Position numbers and translations under genes: made by a program
Assembly (NCBI GenBank): GCA_021432655.1
Contig: MU271211.1
Location: 78,858-118,459, forward strand
Source of the DNA: Atractiella rhizophila
Lineage: Eukaryota
Reading direction: 5' to 3'
DNA length: 39,602 nt
The notes under the pieces: model-generated
What the model saw: the letters and a program-made list of their open reading frames with translations, nothing else
What the model was told of the DNA's origin: nothing
Database searches by the model: none
Shown: positions 11,198 to 23,853 of the stretch, piece after piece
How positions within the stretch are numbered: position 1 is the first letter of the stretch
Layout of the letters: each line of letters starts with the position of its first letter

Positions 11198-14153
11198 CCT
11201 TTAGAAATCTTACGTTGAGGTTCACTTCGCGCTTTGCACTTCAGACGATGAAGTGGCAAAATTTATGCAACGACGGCGACGCAGAACGCTGCCGAACTTT
11301 CGCAGAAGATAGAGCGAGGATCATCAATAAGAGGATACATCGGCAGGCTGTTTCGGGATCGATGCCGCAGACCTTCGCCTCCATTGAGACAATGCACATC
11401 TATCGAAACGAAAGCAACGGTGGGCAGCTGGAAATTGGGATGTCTTTCTCACAATGTTGATCTTGATCATTACGACTCTCAAAAAAGTAGTCTTTCCGAT
11501 TCTTGGACTCTCATACAATTTCAAACGGAGACAAGCAATCTTCAACATATTCCAATCTCGCCCAGCAAGGCAAGTGTTGGCATTCGACGATGCACTCATC
11601 AAATCCTTTCCCAGGACCGGCGACACTTGCTGGAATGGAATAGTATCCACTGCATGGCAGGGACAATCTGAGAGCGGGGAAGCAGACAATAGATGATGGG
11701 CTCAATACCTCCTTCGACAGATTTGAGCATTTCTAGCGGAACTTCTGTCCACTCCCCTCAGCTTCCAACGGTCGATCTTCATGGGCCAGATGGACCGCTG
11801 TTGCTTGTTTGACAGGCGCAAATATCCTTTGCCACATCCTTGCGACGCCTATTTCTCGACGGGGAAAGTTCTCCTCCATCTCGATCGTATGTATTACCAT
11901 TTTTGCCAAAATTTTTACCAGCTTTTGCTGATGTATTCTATCTCGACCGCTTTGCACCTTGGCTATGCTTGACAATGGTGCCAGTGAATGATAACATTCT
12001 TCGAATTTCCGTGACACGCAAACACAATATGAGATCACGTGTCTGACTACTAGTACTTCGCTCTGACAAGTCGCGAAGAAACGAGTGAATGGCAGGGAAA
12101 GAAGAACGAAGAGATGCCACCAATCCTGCACCAAAGTCTGCACTACTCCAGATTTGGCATCTAGAATCGGGACCGTGTTCAAGTGTTCGAGGTTTCCTTT
12201 CCCACGCCCATGCATTGATGCATTGCAGTCCACCAGATGAGAGCACGCCGCGCGCATTGGGATCAATGAACGTCCTCGCTCGTATTCGCTCATACACTCA
12301 AAAGAGCGTGGGTGAAAAGGACGGAAGAAGTAAGGCTAATAGGCGACTTCTCGTGCATTCAACAACGAGCAACATATTGGCGGCATCCATTACCACAATA
12401 CCCGCTCCGCAACAGGAACTGATGAACACGTAGCTCACTCGTCCTCGAAGCGAGCAGCGCTCCCCCTTGTCTCCATTGCGACGCGCAAATCCTGAAGCTG
12501 TGAACGAAGTAATGGCATAGGGTAAGAGAAAGCAGCGTGAATACGAGCCAGCCTGCGCTGAGAATGAGGTTGAAATCGAGGGCGGCCGCCGAACAAGTTC
12601 CAAAGATCTTAACACTCAAAACAAACAGACCACGAGAGGACGAACTGACAGTGCAATCTGCCACATAGCTTCGATACTAATACCAGAAACCCTCCTCAAA
12701 CAGTCTGCACGTACCCTTAATATAGTTCATAGGATTTGTAAAATGAAAACGTAATGAAACACCACAAATCTGTAATACGTCCCCAAGCTCCAAAACCCCC
12801 AAAGAAGGGATAAATGGGCGTGAACATCTCTTGAATACTTGAGGGCAACTGCCTAGTTCGCTGTAGCTCGGCAGCTAGCTTGGGATTGACGGAGTGACAA
12901 GGTTTGTTGGCAAAAACAAAGCAAAAGATTGTTCGTTGTTTGAACAGGCGAAATCAGTCGAAACAATGCCATTTTCGAGCGCGCTGTGTGCAAACGCTCT
13001 CAATAACGGAAGGAAAGAAGAAAGAAAGGCTCCCGACAAGGCCTTGTCAGGCAGTAGAATTTCGGATTTGTAAGACTTGAACCAGCTTAAGCGGAGACTG
13101 CCTTCCCAGGTCGATTTACTCTCTACTTCAAATCACTTGGACTCAGAGAGCTGCACGGTATGCGTGTAGAGGTCAGCGGCTCCACCGTTTCTGCGGGTAA
13201 CAAGAAGAAACCAGAAGCTTGATCCCTTCTAGTTCCTCTCCAGTTCCTCTTTCCCAAATTATCAGAGCAAAGAAACACGTAGTTTATTGACTTGACGATA
13301 GGTGGATATACCTCTCACCCACCACCCACGCAGACAATAGACGAGATTCAATATGGACATCCCTCGCTGTCCCCTCGGCACGCATTGAATACCATCACTG
13401 ACTTGGGATTGGGAATTTCCCGCATTCAGAGAACTTCCTGCCGGTTCTTTTGCACAACCTGGCGCAGAACATTTATCATATCATATTAAAGACATGGAGT
13501 CGACGCATCGAGGAGCGCGGGAGAGGCAATGAAGCTCCACAAGAAATGGCAAGCACAACAGTCCACACACCTCATGTTCCAGCTTCCAGTCTCTTTCTCT
13601 TTCCTTGCGTCGCTGTTCCAACTTATCCTCAAAGACAACCCATTCCATCCTGTTGACTGTATTCATGTTCCACGTTCCCCACGGACTAGGAATGGCCTGC
13701 TCCAGCCGTTCCGCGGAGCTGTTCGACCTTTCGTTCTGGCGCAAAAGAAAAGGAAACTTACTCATCCATCGGTTCTTGAAGTCGTCAAGACCTGTGAAAC
13801 AAAGAACGAACTTGGAGGTGACTTGAGGAGTTGGAGCGTTGAGATATGCATGACGAGTTGCGCAACTTGGAAGGACGATTCGATCGGTGCATCGGCATCG
13901 TGCTAGAAATCTCGATGTTTATCAGGTCATAATAAAAGACCGAGATGGCATTTATCTTTATCGACCCTTGCAGCGGCTTGCAAGCTCGGAAAGGACCAAG
14001 ATCAAGGAAAGGAAAGCGGACGGTGCAAAACTAAAAGCAATTTGCCAGTTTTGTCCGAACAAAAGAGAATGCAAGATTGAGTTAAATTCGATCTGAAATC
14101 TAACCTTAAGTGAACTTTATTTACAGTTTCGCTACTGAAGCGCAACCACAAAA

Positions 14154-16424
14154 ACCTTGACTTGCTTTGCTCCCCTCACTCACTCCCTTCTCTTTAAAAC
14201 CTCTCCCCCTTTCTCCAACCTCTCACCCCTAGACTTCCATCTTCCTTTTCCCTATTCGCACGAATGCAGCCCCTCCAATCTACAGACTCTAACGCCTCTA
14301 TTGCCACCGTCCGACAGTCTACCTTCCAACGCTCAACAATGCACTCGCAGGCGATCACTGATATTTGGGGTGTGGACGATGTGGAGACGAATTTCTGCTT
14401 GTTCGCATCTCTTTTTGTCTGTTCGAGCCTGAAAATCTGACGAGAAGTGGTCGACATAGGGCTGGATGTGGGAAGCCAATTTTCCTGACAACGAGCGTTT
14501 ACTGTTGTGACGCCTGCGAATCCAACGATCAACAGCAATCTCCAGTCGGTCCAAGCTTCAACATGCTCAACAAGGAGAGAGAGGACGACATCGAACTTTT
14601 CTACCAGTCCGCTTCCATCCGAAAGGATCGTCGTCAGTCCAGCCAATTCGAGAACTCGCGCTCTAGACGACTCGCTCACGGTTCGATGCAGCGCGGACGA
14701 ACTTCCTCCATATCTTCTGAGGATCGCGAAGGATCGACGAGCTCTCAGCGGCCATCTAGTCAATTCTCGCTATCCCCTTCAACCGCAGCTTCCACCATCC
14801 CCGACTTCGGAGGATGGAGCAGCGCATCCTCTTCTCCCTTCTCCAAAGCCATCTACTCCGACGTCCCTTCACCCGATCCATTCTCCACCAATTACACAGC
14901 CTTCACCTCCACCTCCGGTCTCGCAGAACCAGAACCTCTCTCTCTTCCTCCTACCACCGTCTGGCTGTCGCGAGATGTCCTGGACGCTACCCCGCCGTCG
15001 AATATGCCTTTCAATACCTCAGCGACCGCTCCCGTCCCTCCATCCCCATCTTCCATGCAATCCTGCCCTCTCCCTCTCGCAGAAGTGCCTCCGCCTCCTC
15101 ACCCGTTGATGCGGGGCAACATTAAAGACGAGAAAAAGTGGCGAAGAAAGTCTGTCCCCATTCTCGGTGTGCAGGCTACTCGACAACGCTCCTCTACGAC
15201 CTTTGAGAGCGACGAGTCGTACCGCCCGCAGTGGAATCCTATCATGGGAAGTGGCAACAGTTTCGTGGAGAATCGATGGTGTGGAGAAGCGGCCGAATTG
15301 CAGAGTTCGTTTGACCCACCTCCTTCCTATTCATATCAGCTGATGTCTTTGGTTGGGGAATTAGCCAAGGACAGAAAGTCGAGGGACCGAACGTTAACTC
15401 CTCAAAGCGTAAATCATCTGAAGATGCCAACCATGGATCTTTTCCCGACCACAGTTTCGGTCGACTCGACCTCGTCAGGCTCTACGGCGAGGGATGAACC
15501 AGCGCTGCCTTCGCCACACTTGGCCAACGGCATGGGAGTGATCGATGAGGAGATGGAGTTTGCCATGCAGGCTTATGAGCCTCCTGACGACCCAGGATCC
15601 TCCGTGCGTGTTTCCTGCAGACTCATTGAGCTGAAGAACTTATCGGTCGCTCACCAGGCGTACTCCCATAAAGCTTCTTCTCCCGTCCCAGCTCCCATCC
15701 CCATCTCCCGTCGCCCCTCGCAAGCACCTGCTGTCCCTCCCAAGTTCTTTTACGATCTATACGACGAGGACGAAACGAACAAGTCGGAAGATGACGATGA
15801 AGAAACATTCTCGATTGGCGGCGCTAGTCTTTGGGAGCGGGTCAATATCGAGAGAGTCATCAGTGATAAGGAGGCTTATTTCAGGAAGACCTCTCCCTAT
15901 CCGGAGAATAGGTTGGAGAATATCGAGGACAGAAGGTTCGAGAGATACGTCGGTAGCGTCGATGATTCCGACTCTTCTACGGATGAAGAAGAAGACGAGC
16001 CACGACGTGGGAGGAGTCGTACCACCATCGCTGTCGAGAGCATCCGCAGTGCCTCAGAATCTAGGCAGTGTGAAGACGAAGAAGAGGAAGAAGAGTCGAG
16101 GGGAAGAAGGGGATATGCGGAGGCGCTGAAAATGCATCAGCAGACATGGGGGAGGAAGAGGAGTGGAACGCAAAGCACCACCATGGAAGTCGTTTATTCC
16201 GGTGCGGCCTATGGGCATGACGACGATTATGTTTGATCCCCTGGCTTCCCGGTCGGACGACTCCGCCAACCAGATCAGTCTACACATTCAACTCGAGCCA
16301 ACTCATCTCTCCGTCTCATATCATTCATCTTAACGAGGTCGTCCTTTTTCCATTTCATCCTAATCGATCGATTTCCCTCTATCCATCGAAAGCACGAAAA
16401 CCATAAAAAGAATATGTTTCATCA
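14154..16424. repeat. Head-to-tail tandem duplication, copy 1 (2,271 bp)
   Basis: accttgacttgctttgc...aatatgtttcatca is repeated immediately at 16425-18687. Confidence 0.96.
14339..16236 (+). CDS. Ser/Pro-rich, largely disordered protein with an N-terminal Ecl1-like Cys4 motif (copy 1)
   Basis: ATG 14339 (MHSQAITDIWGVDDVETNFCL). Intron 14401-14459 gives FCLAGCGKPIFLTTSVYCCDACESND, resembling the Ecl1 pattern FC-x2-3-C...YC-x3-C-x3-D. Probable in-frame intron 15604-15657. Acidic/RGR-rich C-terminus. Confidence 0.7.
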
Positions 16425-18687
16425 ACCTTGACTTGCTTTGCTCCCCCTCACTCACTCCCTTCTCTTTAAAACCTCTCCCCCTTTCTCCAACCTAGACTTC
16501 CATCTTCCTTTTCCCTATTCGCACGAATGCAGCCCCTCCAATCTACAGACTCTAACGCCTCTATTGCCACCGTCCGACAGTCTACCTTCCAACGCTCAAC
16601 AATGCACTCGCAGGCGATCACTGATATTTGGGGTGTGGACGATGTGGAGACGAATTTCTGCTTGTTCGCATCTCTTTTTGTCTGTTCGAGCCTGAAAATC
16701 TGACGAGAAGTGGTCGACATAGGGCTGGATGTGGGAAGCCAATTTTCCTGACAACGAGCGTTTACTGTTGTGACGCCTGCGAATCCAACGATCAACAGCA
16801 ATCTCCAGTCGGTCCAAGCTTCAACATGCTCAACAAGGAGAGAGAGGACGACATCGAACTTTTCTACCAGTCAGCTTCCATCCGAAAGGATCGTCGTCAG
16901 TCCAGCCAATTCGAGAACTCGCGCTCTAGACGACTCGCTCACGGTTCGATGCAGCGCGGACGAACTTCCTCCATATCTTCCGAGGATCGCGAAGGATCGA
17001 CGAGCTCTCAGCGGCCATCTAGTCAATTCTCACTATCCCCTTCAACCGCAGCTTCCACCATCCCCGACTTCGGAGGATGGAGCAGCGCATCCTCTTCTCC
17101 CTTCTCCAAAGCCATCTACTCCGACGTCCCTTCACCCGATCCATTCTCCACCAATTACACAGCCTTCACCTCCACCTCCGGTCTCGCAGAACCAGAACCT
17201 CTCTCTCTTCCTCCTACCACCGTCTGGCTGTCGCGAGATGTCCTGGACGCTACCCCGCCGTCGAATATGCCTTTCAATACCTCAGCGACCGCTCCCGTCC
17301 CTCCATCCCCATCTTCCATGCAATCCTGCCCTCTCCCTCTCGCAGAAGTGCCTCCGCCTCCTCACCCGTTGATGCGGGGCAACATTAAAGACGAGAAAAA
17401 GTGGCGAAGAAAGTCTGTCCCCATTCTCGGTGTGCAGGCTACTCGACAACGCTCCTCTACGACCTTTGAGAGCGACGAGTCGTACCGCCCGCAGTGGAAT
17501 CCTATCATGGGAAGTGGCAACAGTTTCGTGGAGAATCGATGGTGTGGAGAAGCGGCCGAATTGCAGAGTTCGTTTGACCCACCTCCTTCCTATTCATATC
17601 AGCTGATGTCTTTGGTTGGGGAATTAGCCAAGGACAGAAAGTCGAGGGACCGAACGTTAACTCCTCAAAGCGTAAATCATCTGAAGATGCCAACCATGGA
17701 TCTTTTCCCGACCACAGTTTCGGTCGACTCGACCTCGTCAGGCTCTACGGCGAGGGATGAACCAGCGCTGCCTTCGCCACACTTGGCCAACGGCATGGGA
17801 GTGATCGATGAGGAGATGGAGTTTGCCATGCAGGCTTATGAGCCTCCTGACGACCCAGGATCCTCCGTGCGTGTTTCCTGCAGACTCATTGAGCTGAAGA
17901 ACTTATCGGTCGCTCACCAGGCGTACTCCCATAAAGCTTCTTCTCCCGTCCCAGCTCCCATCCCCATCTCCCGTCGCCCCTCGCAAGCACCTGCTGTCCC
18001 TCCCAAGTTCTTTTACGATCTATACGACGAGGACGAAACGAACAAGTCGGAAGATGACGATGAAGAAACATTCTCGATTGGCGGCGCTAGTCTTTGGGAG
18101 CGGGTCAATATCGAGAGAGTCATCAGTGATAAGGAGGCTTATTTCAGGAAGACCTCTCCCTATCCGGAGAATAGGTTGGAGAATATCGAGGACAGAAGGT
18201 TCGAGAGATACGTCGGTAGCGTCGATGATTCCGACTCTTCTACGGATGAAGAAGAAGACGAGCCACGACGTGGGAGGAGTCGTACCACCATCGCTGTCGA
18301 GAGCATCCGCAGTGCCTCAGAATCTAGGCAGTGTGAAGACGAAGAAGAGGAAGAAGAGTCGAGGGGAAGAAGGGGATATGCGGAGGCGCTGAAAATGCAT
18401 CAGCAGACATGGGGGAGGAAGAGGAGTGGAACGCAAAGCACCACCATGGAAGTCGTTTATTCCGGTGCGGCCTATGGGCATGACGACGATTATGTTTGAT
18501 CCCCTGGCTTCCCGGTCGGACGACTCCGCCAACCAGATCAGTCTACACATTCAACTCGAGCCAACTCATCTCTCCGTCTCATATCATTCATCTTAACGAG
18601 GTCGTCCTTTTTCCATTTCATCCTAATCGATCGATTTCCCTCTATCCATCGAAAGCACGAAAACCATAAAAAGAATATGTTTCATCA
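16425..18687. repeat. Head-to-tail tandem duplication, copy 2 (2,263 bp)
   Basis: Differs from copy 1 by a 1-bp and a 9-bp indel upstream of the CDS and by 3 synonymous substitutions that I could see. Confidence 0.96.
16602..18499 (+). CDS. Ecl1-like Cys4-motif protein (copy 2, identical protein)
   Basis: Same structure as copy 1, offset by 2,263 bp. Confidence 0.7.
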
Positions 18688-19061
18688 CTCTCCGTTCCGT
18701 TCCACTTTAAATCTCCACTCTGTCCAAATCGATTTCTGTCAATCGCCCAAACGTTTTTCTACGACAGGAGACCTGCTTCGAATCTCGGCTTTCCGGTCCC
18801 TACTCCTCTACTTCTAGTTTTCTGGAAATTTAAAAGGAATATCTATAGTTTCACTATCTATCCGTTCTCTGTGTCCCTTCTTCAGAATCTTTAAATGTCT
18901 GTTCTCCTAAAATCCATAGATCGTCTTTTCAACAGAGCCCCCTTCTGTTTCTTTGACACTATACCCAAAATTCGCTCAGTGGTTCAAAGTTTTTCCTCGA
19001 ATCGAGCCACCTTACATACACTCCACATTCATTCTTTGCATTTGTTTCCATTCGGAAATAC

Positions 19062-19080
19062 AAAGAAAGAAAGAAAGAAA
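19062..19080 (+). repeat. (AAAG)n microsatellite
   Basis: aaagaaagaaagaaagaaa in an AT-rich intergenic region. Confidence 0.6.
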
Positions 19081-20345
19081 AACATTCTTCCGTTTCGCCC
19101 TTCAATTTCCGTTCAATATGATTTTCCCGTTCACATTTTTCATTTCGCGACATTCTCTTCGGAAGCACAAAAGCATCTTTTCTTTCTTTTTTCATTCAAC
19201 CTCATTTTCCGATCAAACCAATAATCTGTCCCCAACGGATTCGCGGCTGCCTCTCACTCCGTCCTTACCGATACCCCTGCCTGCTTGCTCTCTGCTCTCA
19301 AAAGTATAATCGGTTTCGGTATCAAGATGTCGAGGATAAGGAGCTGAAATATGTTTCCTCTTCTCTTCTGCTTCTCTTGATTCGTCTCTTTCAAATTGCT
19401 CTGATTTGTTTTCAATCTCGTCTTTTAGTTTCGATCGAAGCTTTCATGCTCTTTTCTCCTTCCTCCCTGACGATCCGTCCTTCGAAACGATTGGAAATCT
19501 TGTGGTGACTTTTGAGCTCGATTCTCGGTTTGCAAGTCGTCTTGTTGAGGTTTTCTTCGTCATTTTATCAAGAAGGACACTTCGGTTTCTTAGTTCCCCC
19601 ATTTCTTACTTTGGTCTCCACATCACAACATCATCGAATATAAGTGGTTTAGTGCCCTGTTGTTCTTTATCACTGTAGCTCTCCTCTTTCCACTTCCTCT
19701 CCCTTATCGTCCTTCTAACACTCCACTCATCTTTCCCATCTTCAAACAGATTTCCGGTTTGTCGTTTCGTGACTTCCGTCCTCTGTTTCTTAGTCGCAGT
19801 CGCTGGGTGCATGCAGTGGCGTAGAGGTTTTTGTTTTTGGTTCTTGGGTTCGGTTTTTTCGCAGATGGTTTATCACACACGATAGTTGAGGTAAAAGAAA
19901 GAGGGTTTCTATGGTCTTCGAGTGAAAATATTCATACTTGAAATGAAATTGTGTTTGTTCTTGTTTTTGTGACGAAGCATGTACGCTATAAAGAACCCAC
20001 AACAGCTGACTCGAGAGGGATAAATGTCTCAGGCAGGCATGCTTAAATTAGACAAGCCATGTGCGGATGGATGTTGTTTCTGCGTATTTACTGAGTCGTT
20101 GTGGATTTGCACACGGGAAGCGCCGTGAAGCGCCGTAGAGTGTCCCTGTTGTCCAAACTGATCCAAACGGAAGCAACCCACTCCGGATTTGGGAGTGGAA
20201 GGAGAGTGTGGAAGAAGACTCATGTTTTCTTGGCCTGAGGGAGCTGCTGAGGGTTATATAATACCTCAGCCTGTATTTCTGTGACATCTATCCTTCTCTC
20301 AGTTTCTCCTTGAGAGTTCCTAGTTTACACCATCAATCAGCAACC

Positions 20346-21561
20346 ATGGCGAAAATGCCCATCCTCAACGGTGGTGTACCCGTCAAAAGTGTGAGCGTCT
20401 GGTTGACGATTCAAGCTGCCGTCATGAAGAAAGGCTGATGCGAGGTTGGAATGATAGGACATTGCACCTACCATCATCTTTTTGGTCATCCAAATCATCC
20501 TCACTCTCCTTATCTTTAAGAACCTAGTCTTCACCCGTGCCAAACGGGCTCTTTTTATCGCACACCGTCCCATCATGCACGCGATCACTGGTCGAATTCC
20601 GTACCTGATCATTCGTTTGATCCAGGCGTTTGGGGTCGGTAGAGAGACAAAGATCCTCAATATTATGCAAGAAATCGAGGTGTCGATCGGACACTTTCCT
20701 CTCCTTTTCACGACCATCGACTTGATACCTCTCATGGTTTGGCGGGTGCATAATAATCGCAAGTACACACATTTCTCTGCGCTGATTGGTTTAGCCCTCA
20801 CCGTGCGTGCTTTGCCTTCTTCTTTCAAACTGCACAAGTCGTTCCTCTGAACTCGATGAAATAGGCCATAATGATTTCAGCGATCGTTGGAGGCATTTTT
20901 GAAGGGATCTACTGGTGGGACGCGCGTAACGGCTCTTTCTCGAAGCAAGACAAAGTCCTGTCTTTGCGGCAACTCACAACTGTCGCTCCATTCGACGTCA
21001 ACTATATTCTCATGTTCAATCTCCTCAGGATCATCTACGAAAAACGTCGACAAGAGAAGGTTGGTAATACCTGCAAGAAGCTTCGCTTTCGCTGGTTGTC
21101 TATCAGCCCAACCGCTGATTTCTCTAAGCTTTCCGCTGAGGGTCTTACATTTTTGTTCATCACTTTAGCTCCTACAGTATGTCTTCCCTTTCTCTCAACT
21201 TCGTTAAGACACTGCGCTAATGCGATGCACACAGTTTGTTACCACCTTGTACAAAGTGATCCTCGCAAGCTTCCACCTTGTGCCCACCCCTCAAGATCCA
21301 TCGGCGTATCCTCTTCCTATGGAACTCTTCTATGCGACCCCTCGGTCGAATGGCCTGTTCTACACTCTCCAACTCACAATGGAGGTCATTTCCCTCACCG
21401 CTTATGCATTCTTCGACGTGAGAAAAATCTATGGTCTTGAAGGACAATGGGGTTGGAGTACGGGGGTACCTCGTGGACGAGGCCCACGAGAAAGTGTGCA
21501 GCAAGAAACATCACAGGCTGCAGATCAGAATGAGTTAGAGGCTTCAAGGTCATCGCCATGA
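20346..21561 (+). CDS. Multi-pass (about 7 TM) membrane protein, DUF3112/RTA1-like, paralogue 1
   Basis: Exons 20346-20390, 20458-20802, 20865-21176, 21235-21561. Protein: MAKMPILNGGVPVKS|DIAPTIIFLVI...RSNGLFYTLQLTMEVISLTAYAFFDVRKIYG. The N-terminal GGxP...D.AP...F and C-terminal FY...E.....Y...D pattern resembles DUF3112-type proteins; family call tentative. Confidence 0.8.
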
Positions 21562-22259
21562 TGGAACGCTTCTGACAGCGTTCAAACACCCTGATTATGG
21601 AGCGCCTTAATAAACGACCTTTCGTTGAAGAAGAGCAAACTGCTGACTTGTACATTAATATGATGTGATTTCACCCAATGTATTATTTCCATTCAAACAA
21701 GCAGAAACCGGTCCAGATCTCCTCACCCAGCCTCACCACGGTTTGATACGCTGGAGCAAGGACACATCCGAGTCATGGTTAATACCAATGCACCTTACTT
21801 GTGGCTTTCAGCTTGCTTGCCACCACATCGGCAACGCAAGTTACGCAACTCGCCAGACGAAAGACGAAGGTGACACAAAGTCCACACGGGATGAGCGATC
21901 TCCAAGTTAAGCAAGTACACTTTCAAGTTGAGCTCTTTCCTTTAAATCACTCAAAGGCGCTGAAGCTGAAGTCCCCAATACAGCGCCATGAACACTAAAT
22001 CTCGAACGTGTTCAAGACTCAACAAACATCGACATGTCCATTCTTGGCAGCATTCCTAGGATAGCGGCCAGAATGTCCCTCTCGTCCGTTCACCCACACT
22101 CTCCGCAAGATAAGAGGATTTGGGCGTTGATTTAGATGCGGCAGAGCTAACAAGTTCTCGCGAGCGTTTTCGGCACATATATCAGCACTGAGGATCCAAT
22201 TTCCGAGTCGTGAAGGAAATTATACCTGCTCGTGTTGTTTGTGATCAAACGGCTGTAAG

Positions 22260-23496
22260 ATGGCACATAAAATGCCAATTCTGAATGGTGGATTGCCTGT
22301 GACCAGCGTGGGTGTAACAATTTCGATGGTGAAAGCAGCATTGACATCAAACATGATAGGACATAGCACCGACAACCATCTTCCTCGCAATCTTTGTTCT
22401 GCTTTTCTTGCTCATCCTACGTAATCTCGTCTTCACGCCCTCTCGCCGCGCCATGTTCATAGCCCATCGTCCATTGGTCCACATCATCATAGGTCGCCTC
22501 CCATACTTCTGCTTGAGGATCATTCAGGCGTCTGGAGTTGGAAGGGACACTAAGGTTATCAACATCATGCAGGAAGTTGAAGTTTCTATTGGGCACTTTA
22601 CCCTGCTCTACACTGCGGTGGATGTGCTCCCTATCCTGGTCGGGCAACTGCATGGCAAGAAGCACGCGCAATTCGCAGGTTTACTTGGACTGGTAATGAA
22701 CGTACGTGTTTTTCATCGCTCTCACACTAGCATTTGATGTCTGGACTGTGACAGGGACTTCTCATTGCAGCAGTGAGCTATCATGTTTTAAGCTTCAGAC
22801 GAGCAAGTAACGTGCCGAACAGACTGTCGGTGGTATCCTGGAAGGGATTTGGTGGTGGGGTGCACGCAAAGGCGACTTCTCGAAACAAGATGTTGTGCTC
22901 TCCCTCCGTCAGCTTTCGACGGTCCCGCCGTTCAACGTCTCTTGCACTCTCTTCATCTCTCTCCTTCGAGTACTACGCGAAAGGCACCATTACATGAAAA
23001 CAGGAAAACAGTTCAGATTCCGTTGGATGTCTATCTCTCCCGAGGCGGATTTCAGCAAATTATCGACGAGGAGCCTCCAGTTTTCAGCGCTTATTTTAGG
23101 CCCCATGGCAAGTTGATATTATCGCCCTCTCACATTACACTGTTGACGTCAATGTAGTTCGTGACGACGCTGTACAAGCTCATCATCGCTCCTTTCTACA
23201 TTGTTCCCACGCCTCAAGAATCATCAGCTTATCCTCTCGCCATGGAGACCTTTAGCGCGACTCCACGCTCAAATGGGCTGTTCTACACTCTACAATTTAC
23301 GATGGAGAGTATCGCATTGCTCGCGTATGGTATTTTTGACGTGAGGGACATCTTTGGGCTTCAAGGAAGATGGGGATGGAAAGTTGGGGAATTCGACCAA
23401 GGGGGGCAAAGCAGAAGTGGCGATGGAGCACAGCAGGCAGTTGAAATGGCAGGGGATGAGGTGGAGACTCAGCATCCACATTCTGCTGCTGCTTGA
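22260..23496 (+). CDS. Multi-pass (about 7 TM) membrane protein, DUF3112/RTA1-like, paralogue 2
   Basis: Exons 22260-22307, 22360-22701, 22755-22772, 22823-23107, 23158-23496. Collinear with paralogues 1 and 3 (MPILNGG, NIMQEVEVSIGHF, ATPRSNGLFYTLQ). Last intron is GC-AG. Confidence 0.8.
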
Positions 23497-23853
23497 TAAC
23501 ATCTCCGTGAAGGGTTCCTCTTTTGTAATCTCGAAAATTCTTTGTAATGTATTCATCGGTTACCAGTAACTGCGTTCTGTGATTCCCTGTTCCACAAACA
23601 TAAGGAGTGGAGATGAGATGGAGACTGGAAGGTTTTTCGTTGCCACTCGTGGTTCGCGAAAGGGACACAACTCCAGTCCGCAAAGGTGGTACCCGGCGGA
23701 TATCTCTGAGCCATCGGGTGAGTTATTCGCGAGAGCTCTTCATGACCATATAAATGAATGAGGGCACAGAATTCGTAAGAATTTGCGAGTACTCCTAGCC
23801 CCAAAGCAGCCTGAGAGAAGAACCTCGAGCGAAAATTGAGGGGACAAAGCAAG

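Noticed and set aside
14365..14460. ORF-track N-terminus MGCGRCGDEF... as a Cys-rich or myristoylated start
   Set aside because: It starts at TTG and reads through intron 14401-14459; the spliced ATG-14339 model is better supported.
22034..22135. Short ORF MSILGSIPRI... resembling the 7-TM N-terminus (MPILNGGIP)
   Set aside because: Similarity covers only a few residues, with no splice donor at the conserved position and no downstream homology.
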